64,000 nucleotides of DNA. Source: an uncultured delta proteobacterium. Lineage in GTDB: Bacteria; Desulfobacterota; Desulfomonilia; UBA1062. Positions 11,624-20,463 of the stretch are shown here, piece after piece. The DNA lies in NCBI GenBank assembly GCA_963752595.1, contig CAVVYZ010000017.1:256001-320000 (forward strand), given 5' to 3'. The notes beneath the pieces were generated by a model. The model was not told the DNA's origin, ran no database searches, and was given only the letters and a program-made list of their open reading frames with translations. The stretch's first letter is position 1. Each line of letters starts with the position of its first letter. Both the position numbers and the translations under genes were made by a program.

Positions 11624-13012
11624 ATGCAAAAATCCATTAGAACCTGTCTTTTGTGTACTCTCCTCATCTTTGTTTTCATCTGTACGTCACAAGCCCAAAC
11701 ACCGCAGCCTTCGCAGAAGAACTGGGTGGAAGATGCAGCCGATAAAGTTCTCCCGTCGGTTGTGAATATTTCATCCACGAAAAAGGTAAAGGTGAGTCCG
11801 TCTCCATTTTCCAATGACCCCTTCTTCAGGGATTTCTTCGGCGGCGGAGTTCCCCGGGAGCGCATCCAGCGAGCGCTGGGGTCCGGGGTTATCGTTTCCC
11901 GGGACGGCTATATCGTTACCAATAACCACGTTGTTGGTGGCGCGGACGAGGTGGAGGTGCGGCTCTCCGATGAAAGGGTATTCCCCGCGAAGATCATCGG
12001 CACAGATCCGAAAAGCGATCTTGCGGTTATAAAGATCGAAGCCAAGAATCTCCCGGTTATCAGGATCGGAGATTCAACGAAGCTCAGGGTGGGCAACTTC
12101 GTGCTGGCAGTCGGGAACCCGTTCGGCCTCGAAGGTACGGTCACACACGGAATCATCAGTGCGTTGGGACGCACCGGCTTGAATATCGGTGTCGACTATG
12201 AGAACTTTATCCAGACCGATGCGCCGATTAACCCGGGGAATTCGGGAGGGGCTCTGGTGAATACGGATGGCGAGCTCATCGGGATCAATACCGCGATCCT
12301 CTCAGGGTCCGGAACAAATGTGGGGATCGGGTTTGCAATCCCTGCCAATCTCGCCATGAATATCGTAAGGAGCATCGAAAAGACCGGGAAGGTGGTCCGT
12401 GGCTGGCTCGGCGTGACTGTGCAGGAGGTTACCCCGCAGATTGCAAAGGCCATGGGACTTGAGATCCCGAAAGGTGCGCTGGTTGCCGAGGTGGCCAAAA
12501 ATTCTCCCGCGGGCAAGGCAGGGATCAAGCAGGGAGACATTATTGCAACCATTGACGGCAATGAAGTCAAAGACGCCTCCAGCATACGGCTCCTCGTATC
12601 GGAGATCCTTCCCGGCACTAAAGTTCCTATCCGTGTGATTCGTGGAGGCAAGGTCATGACCTTCAACGTGACTATGGGCGATCTCGCCAAGGCGGAAATT
12701 CCCGAACTTAAATATACGGTGAAGGACAACAGGTTCCTTGAGGGCGCGACCGTCTCTAACCTGACACAACCCGCACGAGAGGCGTTGCAAATCGGCACGA
12801 ATATTCAGGGGGTCGTGGTCATTGCGGTCGAGAACGGTTCGGCAGCTGCAAGCGTGGGCGTCAGGCCGGGCGATGTGATCGTGGAGATAAACAGCCTGAA
12901 AATAGGGAATATTTCTGAATTCAAACAGGCGCTGGGCAAGATGGAAGGGAAAAAGGCAACTGTCAGCATCTACAGGCAGGGAATGCTCCTGACCATGACG
13001 CTTATCAGGTAA
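11624..13012 (+). CDS. DegP/DegQ (HtrA) serine protease with two PDZ domains
   Basis: Signal peptide, GSGVIV, TNNHVV, DLAV, IQTDAPINPGNSGG. Confidence 0.95.
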   Translation: MQKSIRTCLLCTLLIFVFICTSQAQTPQPSQKNWVEDAADKVLPSVVNISSTKKVKVSPSPFSNDPFFRDFFGGGVPRERIQRALGSGVIVSRDGYIVTNNHVVGGADEVEVRLSDERVFPAKIIGTDPKSDLAVIKIEAKNLPVIRIGDSTKLRVGNFVLAVGNPFGLEGTVTHGIISALGRTGLNIGVDYENFIQTDAPINPGNSGGALVNTDGELIGINTAILSGSGTNVGIGFAIPANLAMNIVRSIEKTGKVVRGWLGVTVQEVTPQIAKAMGLEIPKGALVAEVAKNSPAGKAGIKQGDIIATIDGNEVKDASSIRLLVSEILPGTKVPIRVIRGGKVMTFNVTMGDLAKAEIPELKYTVKDNRFLEGATVSNLTQPAREALQIGTNIQGVVVIAVENGSAAASVGVRPGDVIVEINSLKIGNISEFKQALGKMEGKKATVSIYRQGMLLTMTLIR

Positions 13013-13020
13013 AGACTGTA

Positions 13021-13473
13021 ATGCGTACGGTGATCCAGAGGGTGCATGATGCGTCGGTTTCCGTAGATGGGGAAGAGCTTTCCAGGATTGGTAAGGGCTT
13101 GTGCTGCCTTATCGGAGTAGAGGCAGGAGACGGGGGTGATGATGTCGAGTATATCTCACGCAAGATTGTAAGCCTCAGGATTTTCGATGACGAGAAGGGA
13201 GTCATGAATATCGACGTAGGTGAGGCACAGGGCGAGATACTCATGGTGTCCCAGTTTACCCTGCTGGGTGATGTACGGAAAGGAAGAAGGCCTTCCTACT
13301 CGTCGGCTGAGCCGCCCATTCCGGCGCAGGCGATTTTCGATCAGGCAGTTTCCCGTGTTTCATCCCTGCACCAGGGAAGGGTCGCCACAGGGAAATACCA
13401 GGCCGAGATGGATGTCCGCATCAATAACCATGGCCCGGTAACCATTCTCCTGGACAGCAGAAAGCTCTTTTAA
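13021..13473 (+). CDS. dtd: D-aminoacyl-tRNA deacylase
   Basis: VIQRV, LRIF, SQFTL, GRRPS, NHGPVT. Confidence 0.95.
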   Translation: MRTVIQRVHDASVSVDGEELSRIGKGLCCLIGVEAGDGGDDVEYISRKIVSLRIFDDEKGVMNIDVGEAQGEILMVSQFTLLGDVRKGRRPSYSSAEPPIPAQAIFDQAVSRVSSLHQGRVATGKYQAEMDVRINNHGPVTILLDSRKLF

Positions 13474-13485
13474 GGAAGCTTTTTC

Positions 13486-13833
13486 TTATCTGAACGTATT
13501 GATCCGCTCAAGGAGTTTGTTTTCAGGCATGGCTCCCACGATGTCTCCCGCCTTCTGGCCGTCCTTGAAAACTATCAGGTTGGGGATGGAGCGGATGCCG
13601 TACTTTGATGCGGTCTGAGGATTGCTCTCCACATCGAGCTTAGCAAAGACGATATCCCCCTGGTATTTTTTTGCCATGCCCTCGATGATCGGTCCCAGCA
13701 TCCTGCATGGGCCGCACCACTCCGCCCAGCAGTCAACGATGATGAACGGATACTTCGCTATGGCCTTGTCGATATCTGTATCAGTCAAAACGATAGGGTG
13801 GTCGGGATTGTCCACGAATTTTTCCTCGCTCAT
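13486..13833 (-). CDS. trxA: Thioredoxin
   Basis: WCGPC active site, IRSIP. Confidence 0.95.
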   Translation of the reverse strand: MSEEKFVDNPDHPIVLTDTDIDKAIAKYPFIIVDCWAEWCGPCRMLGPIIEGMAKKYQGDIVFAKLDVESNPQTASKYGIRSIPNLIVFKDGQKAGDIVGAMPENKLLERINTFR

Positions 13834-13866
13834 AGAAAGTCTCCTTATTTTGTTAAGATGTCAATG

Positions 13867-14826
13867 TCAGTGCGCACTCCAGGCGGCATAGGAGGTCCCT
13901 TTCATCTCCTGGACATACTGTTCCGATGCAAATGCCGCAGTTGCCCCGTCGCCGCAGGCTGTCACCACCTGGCGCAGCAGCTTCTTCGTGCAGTCTCCGC
14001 AGGCAAAGATTCCTTTTGCAGAGGTCCTCATCTCACCATCAACCTGGATGAATCCTTTCTCGTCACATTCGACCAGGCCTTTGGCAAATTCGGTGTTGGG
14101 TACGTTGCCGGTAAAAATGAATACCCCCTGGACTTCCAATGTCTGTTTTTTATCTGGATCGCCGACATCGCTTACCCTGACTGCCTTCACAACATCGTCA
14201 CCGATCACTTCATCTATCACCGAATTCCACATGAAATCGATTTTTTCATTGGCAAAAGACTGGTCTTGGAGCACTTTGGTCGCCCGAAGACGCTCGCGAC
14301 GGTGGATCATGGTCACTTTCTTTGCAAACCTGGTGAGGAAGACGGCCTCCTGCACCGCTGCATTCCCGCCGCCCACTACCACGACATGCGCATCGCGGTA
14401 GAACGGTCCGTCGCAGGTTGCACAATAGGATACGCCCCTTCCGGTATACTTCTGCTCGCCCGGTACATTGAGGTGGGCGTACTCCGTGCCTGATGCTAGG
14501 ATGATCGAGCAGGCATCATAGGCATGATCAGAAACGTGGACCCTCCAAGCATCTTTGCCTTCATGGGCAATCTTTTCGAGGGAGGAGACATCGCTTTCGA
14601 TTATTTCGAGACCGAAAGACAAGGCCTGGTCTTTGAATCGTTCTATGAGCTCGAACCCGTTGATTCCTCCCGGGAAACCCGGGTAGTTCTCAACCAGATC
14701 CGTGGTGGTGATCAGGCTCGGATTTACCTGGCTTGTGAGCATCAGCGTTTTGAGTTTCGAACGGGATGCATAAATACCAGCAGTCAGGCCTGCCGGACCT
14801 GACCCGATGATGATTATGTCATGCAT
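13867..14826 (-). CDS. trxB: Thioredoxin reductase
   Basis: GSGPAG, ENYPGF, GVSYCATCDG, GGGNAA, FACGD. Confidence 0.95.
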   Translation of the reverse strand: MHDIIIIGSGPAGLTAGIYASRSKLKTLMLTSQVNPSLITTTDLVENYPGFPGGINGFELIERFKDQALSFGLEIIESDVSSLEKIAHEGKDAWRVHVSDHAYDACSIILASGTEYAHLNVPGEQKYTGRGVSYCATCDGPFYRDAHVVVVGGGNAAVQEAVFLTRFAKKVTMIHRRERLRATKVLQDQSFANEKIDFMWNSVIDEVIGDDVVKAVRVSDVGDPDKKQTLEVQGVFIFTGNVPNTEFAKGLVECDEKGFIQVDGEMRTSAKGIFACGDCTKKLLRQVVTACGDGATAAFASEQYVQEMKGTSYAAWSAH

Positions 14827-14829
14827 AGC

Positions 14830-15111
14830 TCACCCTTCGGGAGATTTTTCTTCCAGGATATCGATGAGCTGCTGGATTTTTTGGGGGTTCTTGAGAAAAT
14901 AACACTTGAGGTTTCCTTTCCGTATGCAGTCCACTATCCCGTTGATCTTGAGGATAGAGAGATGCTGCGATGCATTTGCCTGGCGGATATTCAAGGTACT
15001 TTCAACCTCCCCCACACACTTCTGGCCTTTGATGAGTTCCCGTGCTATCATAAGCCTCACAGGATGTCCCAAGGCCTTTAAGTAGGAAGCAGTCGTCTCA
15101 TTTTGCGACAT
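14830..15111 (-). CDS. ArsR/SmtB-family regulator heading the trxB-trxA operon
   Basis: LKALGHPVRL, QANASQHLSILK winged HTH. Confidence 0.88.
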   Translation of the reverse strand: MSQNETTASYLKALGHPVRLMIARELIKGQKCVGEVESTLNIRQANASQHLSILKINGIVDCIRKGNLKCYFLKNPQKIQQLIDILEEKSPEG

Positions 15112-15142
15112 AACGTTTAAGTTCCTTTACGATATTATTTTT

Positions 15143-15177
15143 ATATTAATATATTTATGACATACCAAAACTGTCAA
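15143..15177 (-). promoter_or_regulatory. Putative sigma70 promoter and AT-rich palindromic operator of arsR-trxB-trxA
   Basis: Minus strand TTGACA-N18-TATATT overlapping palindrome TATATTAATATA. Confidence 0.4.
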
Positions 15178-15249
15178 GCCTTGATTTTTCACGATCGCTA
15201 GTAGTATGGTTACAATACATGATAAAAAAAATTTCCCGGGGGTCAAGAT

Positions 15250-15792
15250 ATGAAGAGGTTTTTGACCATATTGGGTATCTTCTCAGTGCTTTTTCCTGCT
15301 GTATGTTCAGCTAATGGATACATCATTGCCAATTACGGAATAGGAGGCGGGGATGTCGATGAGCCGAGCCTCGGCATAGAGATGGGGGGGATCTTTCTCT
15401 CCAACCTGCACCCTACGGGAGGTGCGTTCAGTTTCGGCCTGGGGGTGAGTGTTGCGGACACCGATGATGACCCGCCTTCCGGCATTCAACCCACATCCGG
15501 TCTCACCTACGACCCTCTGATCGAATACAATGATGGAAACGAGCAGGAGATCGATCTCACCTTCGGCACCGAGATGATCCCATCGCTTTTTGCAGTTGCA
15601 GGGATCGGATATGCCGGCCAGGACACTGTTCGGATCGGTACCAATGGCGAACAGAATTATGAGGTCGATTCCGACACGGAAAGGAATGTCGCCTGGATGC
15701 TCGGCACCCGCTACGTCATACAGGGGTTGAACGTCGGCATTGGGTATCACTCCAGACGCGGGATCATGGCAGGCATCGGCATCGCATTCTGA
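15250..15792 (+). CDS. Exported protein, probable small outer-membrane beta-barrel
   Basis: Signal peptide, alternating hydrophobic strands, C-terminal GIGIAF. Confidence 0.55.
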   Translation: MKRFLTILGIFSVLFPAVCSANGYIIANYGIGGGDVDEPSLGIEMGGIFLSNLHPTGGAFSFGLGVSVADTDDDPPSGIQPTSGLTYDPLIEYNDGNEQEIDLTFGTEMIPSLFAVAGIGYAGQDTVRIGTNGEQNYEVDSDTERNVAWMLGTRYVIQGLNVGIGYHSRRGIMAGIGIAF

Positions 15793-15827
15793 TCCCGTAA
15801 AAACCAGCAGCCGAAGATAACCTTAAG

Positions 15828-17222
15828 ATGCATCACCTCGCTCTGCTCCTGCTCACTCTTATCCTTTCCCTCGCCACCGGCTGCGGCAGCTTGATGAATT
15901 ATTCGAAAAAGACAGAGCAGGCGAGGCTCTCCATCTCCCAGGGCAGGTTTGAAGACGCGCTGACGTCCTTTCCCGATAAATCCGCACGGGGCAAGGATGA
16001 GGTGCTCATACGGCTGGAACGTGCGACGCTCTTTCAGCTCATGGGGAAGTATGGCGAGAGTTCCCGGGAATTCGAGCTCGGAACCGCGAAGATCAGGGAA
16101 TATGAAGAAAAAGCGTTCATATCGGCATCCAGGGCAACCTCCCAGATAGGCTCTCTTCTCTTGAACGAGCAGGTCCGTCCTTATGAAGGAGAAGATTTCG
16201 AAAAGGTCCTTGTCCATGCCTTTGACGCGGTAAATTATCTGATGACAGGAGACCTTGAAGGGGCACGGGTAGAGATCAGGAATGCCTACCAGAGGCAGAA
16301 TGATCTCAAGGAAAGGCATGAAAAGGCCCTTGAAAAGGCGGAAAAGGAGAGTAGGGGCGCGAGCTGGCAGGAGTCGTTCCAGAAGGCGGACAATGACAGG
16401 TACCAGGAACTGAAGCGCAGGGCAGGAAACATCCAGAGCGTTTATCAGAATGCATTCGCCTACTACATCTCTTCTCTGGTGTATGAGCTCGGCAGCGAAG
16501 AAGATGAGGCATATATCGACCTGAAAAAGGGAATTGAAGCCGCACCCTGGTCGAAGAGTATCCAGAAAGACCTGATCCGTCTGAGCACAAGGCTGGGTAG
16601 GGGAGAAGACACGGAAAAATGGCAAACTGCCTATGGAAAACCGGAGAAGGAATACGGCAAGGGCGTGGATGTTTTTGTTATTTTCCAGCACGGCGTGGCG
16701 CCGGTCAAAGAGGATTTGAGCTTTCCCATTCCGCTTTGGCGAGGGGGGATTGCCTTTGCGTCGTTGCCGGTATACCGCTTTGTCCCTTCATCCGCCCAGG
16801 GAGCTGCGCTCACTTATGATGGTCAGTTCTTCGAGACATCCCTGGTGTCCGATACTGATGCGATCGCATCCAGGAATCTTCTCGACAAGTTCCCGGTGCT
16901 CTTTGCAAAACAGGTCGTCCGATCCTATTTCAAAGCACGGATGACAAACAAATTGTCAAAGGATTACGGTGCAATAGGTGCTATCACGGGTACGATAGCT
17001 TCTGCCGTCACCGAGCGGGCTGACTTAAGGACATGGGCCTCTCTGCCCAAGGAGATCCAGATCGTCCGGGCATATGTGCCGGATAGAACGAAAAATATTA
17101 CCATCAAGGGGATCCCTTCAGCGCATGTGAAGGACATCAATATCCCGGAAGGAACCCGGCATCTGATCGTATTCTGCAGGGATACGGACGCCGGTCTATC
17201 ATTACAGACAAAGGCTTATTAG
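15828..17222 (+). CDS. COG3014-like TPR lipoprotein
   Basis: Lipobox LATGC, YEGEDFEK, ARVEIR, ERADLRTWASLP. Confidence 0.7.
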   Translation: MHHLALLLLTLILSLATGCGSLMNYSKKTEQARLSISQGRFEDALTSFPDKSARGKDEVLIRLERATLFQLMGKYGESSREFELGTAKIREYEEKAFISASRATSQIGSLLLNEQVRPYEGEDFEKVLVHAFDAVNYLMTGDLEGARVEIRNAYQRQNDLKERHEKALEKAEKESRGASWQESFQKADNDRYQELKRRAGNIQSVYQNAFAYYISSLVYELGSEEDEAYIDLKKGIEAAPWSKSIQKDLIRLSTRLGRGEDTEKWQTAYGKPEKEYGKGVDVFVIFQHGVAPVKEDLSFPIPLWRGGIAFASLPVYRFVPSSAQGAALTYDGQFFETSLVSDTDAIASRNLLDKFPVLFAKQVVRSYFKARMTNKLSKDYGAIGAITGTIASAVTERADLRTWASLPKEIQIVRAYVPDRTKNITIKGIPSAHVKDINIPEGTRHLIVFCRDTDAGLSLQTKAY

Positions 17223-17237
17223 ACAGGAGGAGCCGAT

Positions 17238-17672
17238 ATGAGAAGGGGAAGGATTTTTTTATGGCTGTTTATTGTGCTGTTTCTCGCTTCATGTGCAGGG
17301 ACAGCGCCCAATATTCTGCAAGTCCAGGCAGGTCCGGGGGGCTTAAGCTCCAAGAAGGAGGAGATCAACGACAAGTGGCTGGCGCGAACGCTTTCTTTTG
17401 GTGAAGTGAGTGTACGTCCGCTTGGACTCGGCTCATCTATGGAGACGCAAGTTATCATCCAAAACCAGAGCTCCCGGGATGTCGAATTTGAGTACAGGTT
17501 CGTCTGGTACGATGCCGCAGGATTTGAGATCTCTTCCGTTACCAACTGGATACCCGCATCCCTGTCGGGGATGGAGGCCCGGGGCTTCAAATCTACGGCG
17601 CCCGGCCCGAATGCGGCGAGTTTCAAGTGCATGATGAGGGAGATGCATTCCATCACGGATTCAGGATCATAA
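17238..17672 (+). CDS. YcfL-family lipoprotein
   Basis: Lipobox LASC, EYRFVWYDAAGFE, APGPNA. Confidence 0.75.
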   Translation: MRRGRIFLWLFIVLFLASCAGTAPNILQVQAGPGGLSSKKEEINDKWLARTLSFGEVSVRPLGLGSSMETQVIIQNQSSRDVEFEYRFVWYDAAGFEISSVTNWIPASLSGMEARGFKSTAPGPNAASFKCMMREMHSITDSGS

Positions 17673-17694
17673 GAATAGGATCAGGAGGAGAAAC

Positions 17695-18291
17695 ATGAAG
17701 CGACTCATAGGAATAGGTTCTATCATTTTAATGGTATTCTTTTTCAGCGGATGTGCCTCGTCGCCGACCGTTACATACGGGAATCCCGGGCAGGTAGAGA
17801 CTGTAACGACGGAATTCGGCTCGACGGATCTTCAGACCATCGCGGAGAAGATGGTGAACTCACTGCTGGCGTCTCCGGTCCTTTCCTCAGGGCAGCACCC
17901 TGTGCTTTATGTCCATCAGGTGAAGAACATGACGGATGAGCACATCGACACCAAGTCGGTAACCGACAAGATCAGGGTAACGCTGCTGAAATCCGGGAAG
18001 GTCCGTTTTACGGCCGTCAATGAGGTGAATGACGAGATCATCAAACAGCTTGAGTACCAGACCAAATCAGGGATTGTCGACCCGTCTACGGCAAAGTCTG
18101 CGGGCCATCAGATAGGCGCTGATTATTTCCTCTTCGGTGAAATCAGCTCCATCAAGAAATCAGCCGGCCGGGTCAAGGATGTGTACTTCAAGTTCACCAT
18201 GAACCTGGTGAACATCAAAACCGGCCTCATCGAGTGGGCGGACGAGAAAGAGATAAGGAAACAGGCCAAGAAGGCCCTTATCGGGGGTTAG
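17695..18291 (+). CDS. lpoB: LpoB-like penicillin-binding-protein activator lipoprotein
   Basis: Lipobox FSGC, FGSTDLQ, NMTDEHID, IEWADEKEIRK; follows COG3014 and ycfL-like genes. Confidence 0.75.
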   Translation: MKRLIGIGSIILMVFFFSGCASSPTVTYGNPGQVETVTTEFGSTDLQTIAEKMVNSLLASPVLSSGQHPVLYVHQVKNMTDEHIDTKSVTDKIRVTLLKSGKVRFTAVNEVNDEIIKQLEYQTKSGIVDPSTAKSAGHQIGADYFLFGEISSIKKSAGRVKDVYFKFTMNLVNIKTGLIEWADEKEIRKQAKKALIGG

Positions 18292-18434
18292 CCGTAAGGC
18301 TCTCTACAAGGTCGGGTCCGGATAGTTCCTTCCGGCCTCGTGCCCGTTCTCTTTCGAGAAAAAGCCTTCGGATGTTAGGCTTGACTGGATGGAGAGAAAC
18401 GGATACATAGCAAAGTCAAAGTAATTTTGGAGGA

Positions 18435-18989
18435 ATGGAAATGACTTGGGAGGATAAACTCGAAAAAATAACGAGCAAAACCGTGCCCCTGTATGCAATG
18501 ATAATCCTCCTGGTGATCTTTGCCGATCCCACCTGGGCAACCAGTTTTATCGGGATTATCCTGGTCGCCGGTGGAGAGGCATTACGATTCTGGGCCACAG
18601 GGCATTTGCGGAAGAATGAGGAGCTTACCACTTCCGGCCCGTATGCTCACATTCAGTCACCGTTATATCTGGGGAGCTACATTATCGGCACCGGGCTCTG
18701 TATCATGGCATCGAATGCCGTCATATGGGTTCTCATGACCCTGATATTCTTCAAGTCGTATATTCCCAGGAAAAAGGAAAGAGAGTGGGGAAGGCTGGAA
18801 AGGATGTTCGGGGAGGACTTCCTCAAGTACAAGAGCGAAGTTCCCTACATGTTCTTCCCGCGGATCGATCCTTACCCCCATGGGAGCAAGCACCTCTGGT
18901 CATTTGCCGCGAGCATCGAAAATACAGAACACCAGACGGCAATCGCGGTATTCCTCATTACCTTTTTTATCTTGATCAGGCTCTTCTAA
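18435..18989 (+). CDS. Isoprenylcysteine carboxylmethyltransferase/PEMT-family membrane protein
   Basis: LRFWATGH, LTTSGPYAHIQSPLYLG, FGEDFLKYKSEVP. Confidence 0.75.
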   Translation: MEMTWEDKLEKITSKTVPLYAMIILLVIFADPTWATSFIGIILVAGGEALRFWATGHLRKNEELTTSGPYAHIQSPLYLGSYIIGTGLCIMASNAVIWVLMTLIFFKSYIPRKKEREWGRLERMFGEDFLKYKSEVPYMFFPRIDPYPHGSKHLWSFAASIENTEHQTAIAVFLITFFILIRLF

Positions 18990-18991
18990 AG

Positions 18992-19026
18992 AAAAGCCGG
19001 GCCTGGAACTCCAGGCCCGGCTTCTT
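18992..19026. terminator. Bidirectional intrinsic terminator
   Basis: AAGCCGGGCCTGG-AACT-CCAGGCCCGGCTT between convergent genes. Confidence 0.8.
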
Positions 19027-19074
19027 GAATCTTTTAAAGAAAATCCGACTGTAAGACTCTTTCCCCTCAAGGGT

Positions 19075-20151
19075 TCAGTCCGATATCTTCACGCGCCAGC
19101 CGAAGGGATCTGTCTTTTCTCCATACTGGATCTGCAAGATCTCGTTATACAAGCGTTCCGTTAGGGTCCCGGTCTTGCCACCGTTGATGAGGTGCTCTTT
19201 CCCCTGATAATAGATCTGGCCGATAGGAGAGACAATGGCCGCCGTACCTGAAGCAAACGCCTCTTTCACTGTCCCATCAGCAATCCCGGAAATAATCTCA
19301 CTCATGGCCGGTGCCCGTTCCGTCACCTTCACGCCCCAGCTCCGCGCCAGTTGGATGACGGAATCCCGGGTGACACCGGGGAGAATCGAACCTGAGAGCG
19401 GCGGTGTAAAAAGTTCATCGCCGATCACGAAGAAGGCGTTGCTCGTCCCCACCTCTTCCACATATTTCCGTTCAACGGCATCCAGCCAAAGGACCTGCGT
19501 ATACCCCATATCCTTGGCCTTCTGGCTTGCGTAGAGGCTGGCGGCATAATTCCCCGCATTTTTGCAGTTTCCGACACCGCCGCGAACGGCCCGGACGTAA
19601 TCCTCGCTGACGTAGATCTTCGTCGGACTGAATCCCTCCGGATAGTAAGCCCCAACAGGACCGACAATGATGAAGAAAAGATACTGATTTGCCGGGTGGA
19701 CCCCCAAGGCCGCTTCCGTGGCGATCATGGTCGGGCGGATATACAGGGATGTCCCGGCGCCGCGAGGAATCCAGTCCTGTTCCAGAAGGACAAGTTTTCT
19801 CATGCCCTCCATAAACAGCTCCGGATCGATTGTGGCCATGCATAGGCGCTCTGCCGAGGCATTCATCCGCTTGATGTTTTCCATGGGCCGGAACAGGTAG
19901 ATGCTCCCATCCTTTCCGCGATAGGCCTTCAGTCCTTCAAAGATTTCCTGGCCATAGTGGAGACTCATGGCCGTGGGGTCGAGGACGATCGGACCATAAG
20001 GGCCGATGACGGGTTCATGCCAACCCTTGCCGGTCTTATATTTTACCGTAAACATATGATCCGTAAAGATCTGCCCGAAGCCCAGTTTGGATTCATTTGC
20101 CGGTTTTGCCTTCAGCTTGTCCGGTGCACATTTTGTGATTTTGATATCCAT
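19075..20151 (-). CDS. ilvE: Branched-chain amino acid aminotransferase
   Basis: FTDHM, LHYGQEIFEGLKAY, LYIRP, KNAGNYAAS, ILPGVTR, SGTAAIVSP. Confidence 0.95.
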   Translation of the reverse strand: MDIKITKCAPDKLKAKPANESKLGFGQIFTDHMFTVKYKTGKGWHEPVIGPYGPIVLDPTAMSLHYGQEIFEGLKAYRGKDGSIYLFRPMENIKRMNASAERLCMATIDPELFMEGMRKLVLLEQDWIPRGAGTSLYIRPTMIATEAALGVHPANQYLFFIIVGPVGAYYPEGFSPTKIYVSEDYVRAVRGGVGNCKNAGNYAASLYASQKAKDMGYTQVLWLDAVERKYVEEVGTSNAFFVIGDELFTPPLSGSILPGVTRDSVIQLARSWGVKVTERAPAMSEIISGIADGTVKEAFASGTAAIVSPIGQIYYQGKEHLINGGKTGTLTERLYNEILQIQYGEKTDPFGWRVKISD

Positions 20152-20202
20152 AAAGATTCTCCCCTATGAGTTTTCGGCCCTTAATCCCACACTTTTCTAT
20201 CA

Positions 20203-20390
20203 CTATATCATCTTCCGATCAAGTTTTCTGTATTGAATGGCCTCGGCGACATGAGATGACTGGATCTCCTTCACCGCTTCAAGGTCCGCGACGGTCCTGG
20301 CCACTTTCAGGATTCTCGTGTATGCTCCTGCGCTGAGCCTCAGCTTGTCCATGGCATTTTCGATGAGTTCCCGGAAAGCGCCGTCAATTG
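20203..20390 (-). pseudogene. comM: 3' remnant of a comM/yifB (Mg-chelatase-like AAA+) gene
   Basis: Minus frame reads [61 protein letters not shown], the ComM C-terminus; in-frame stop upstream, no full-length gene; absent from the ORF track. Confidence 0.8.
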
Positions 20391-20463
20391 TAAAAATGGA
20401 CCGCTCCCCTTGAGCCTCTTGACAAAGGATATCATGCGGCTATTTTTTGGCAGAGAGGACTTG

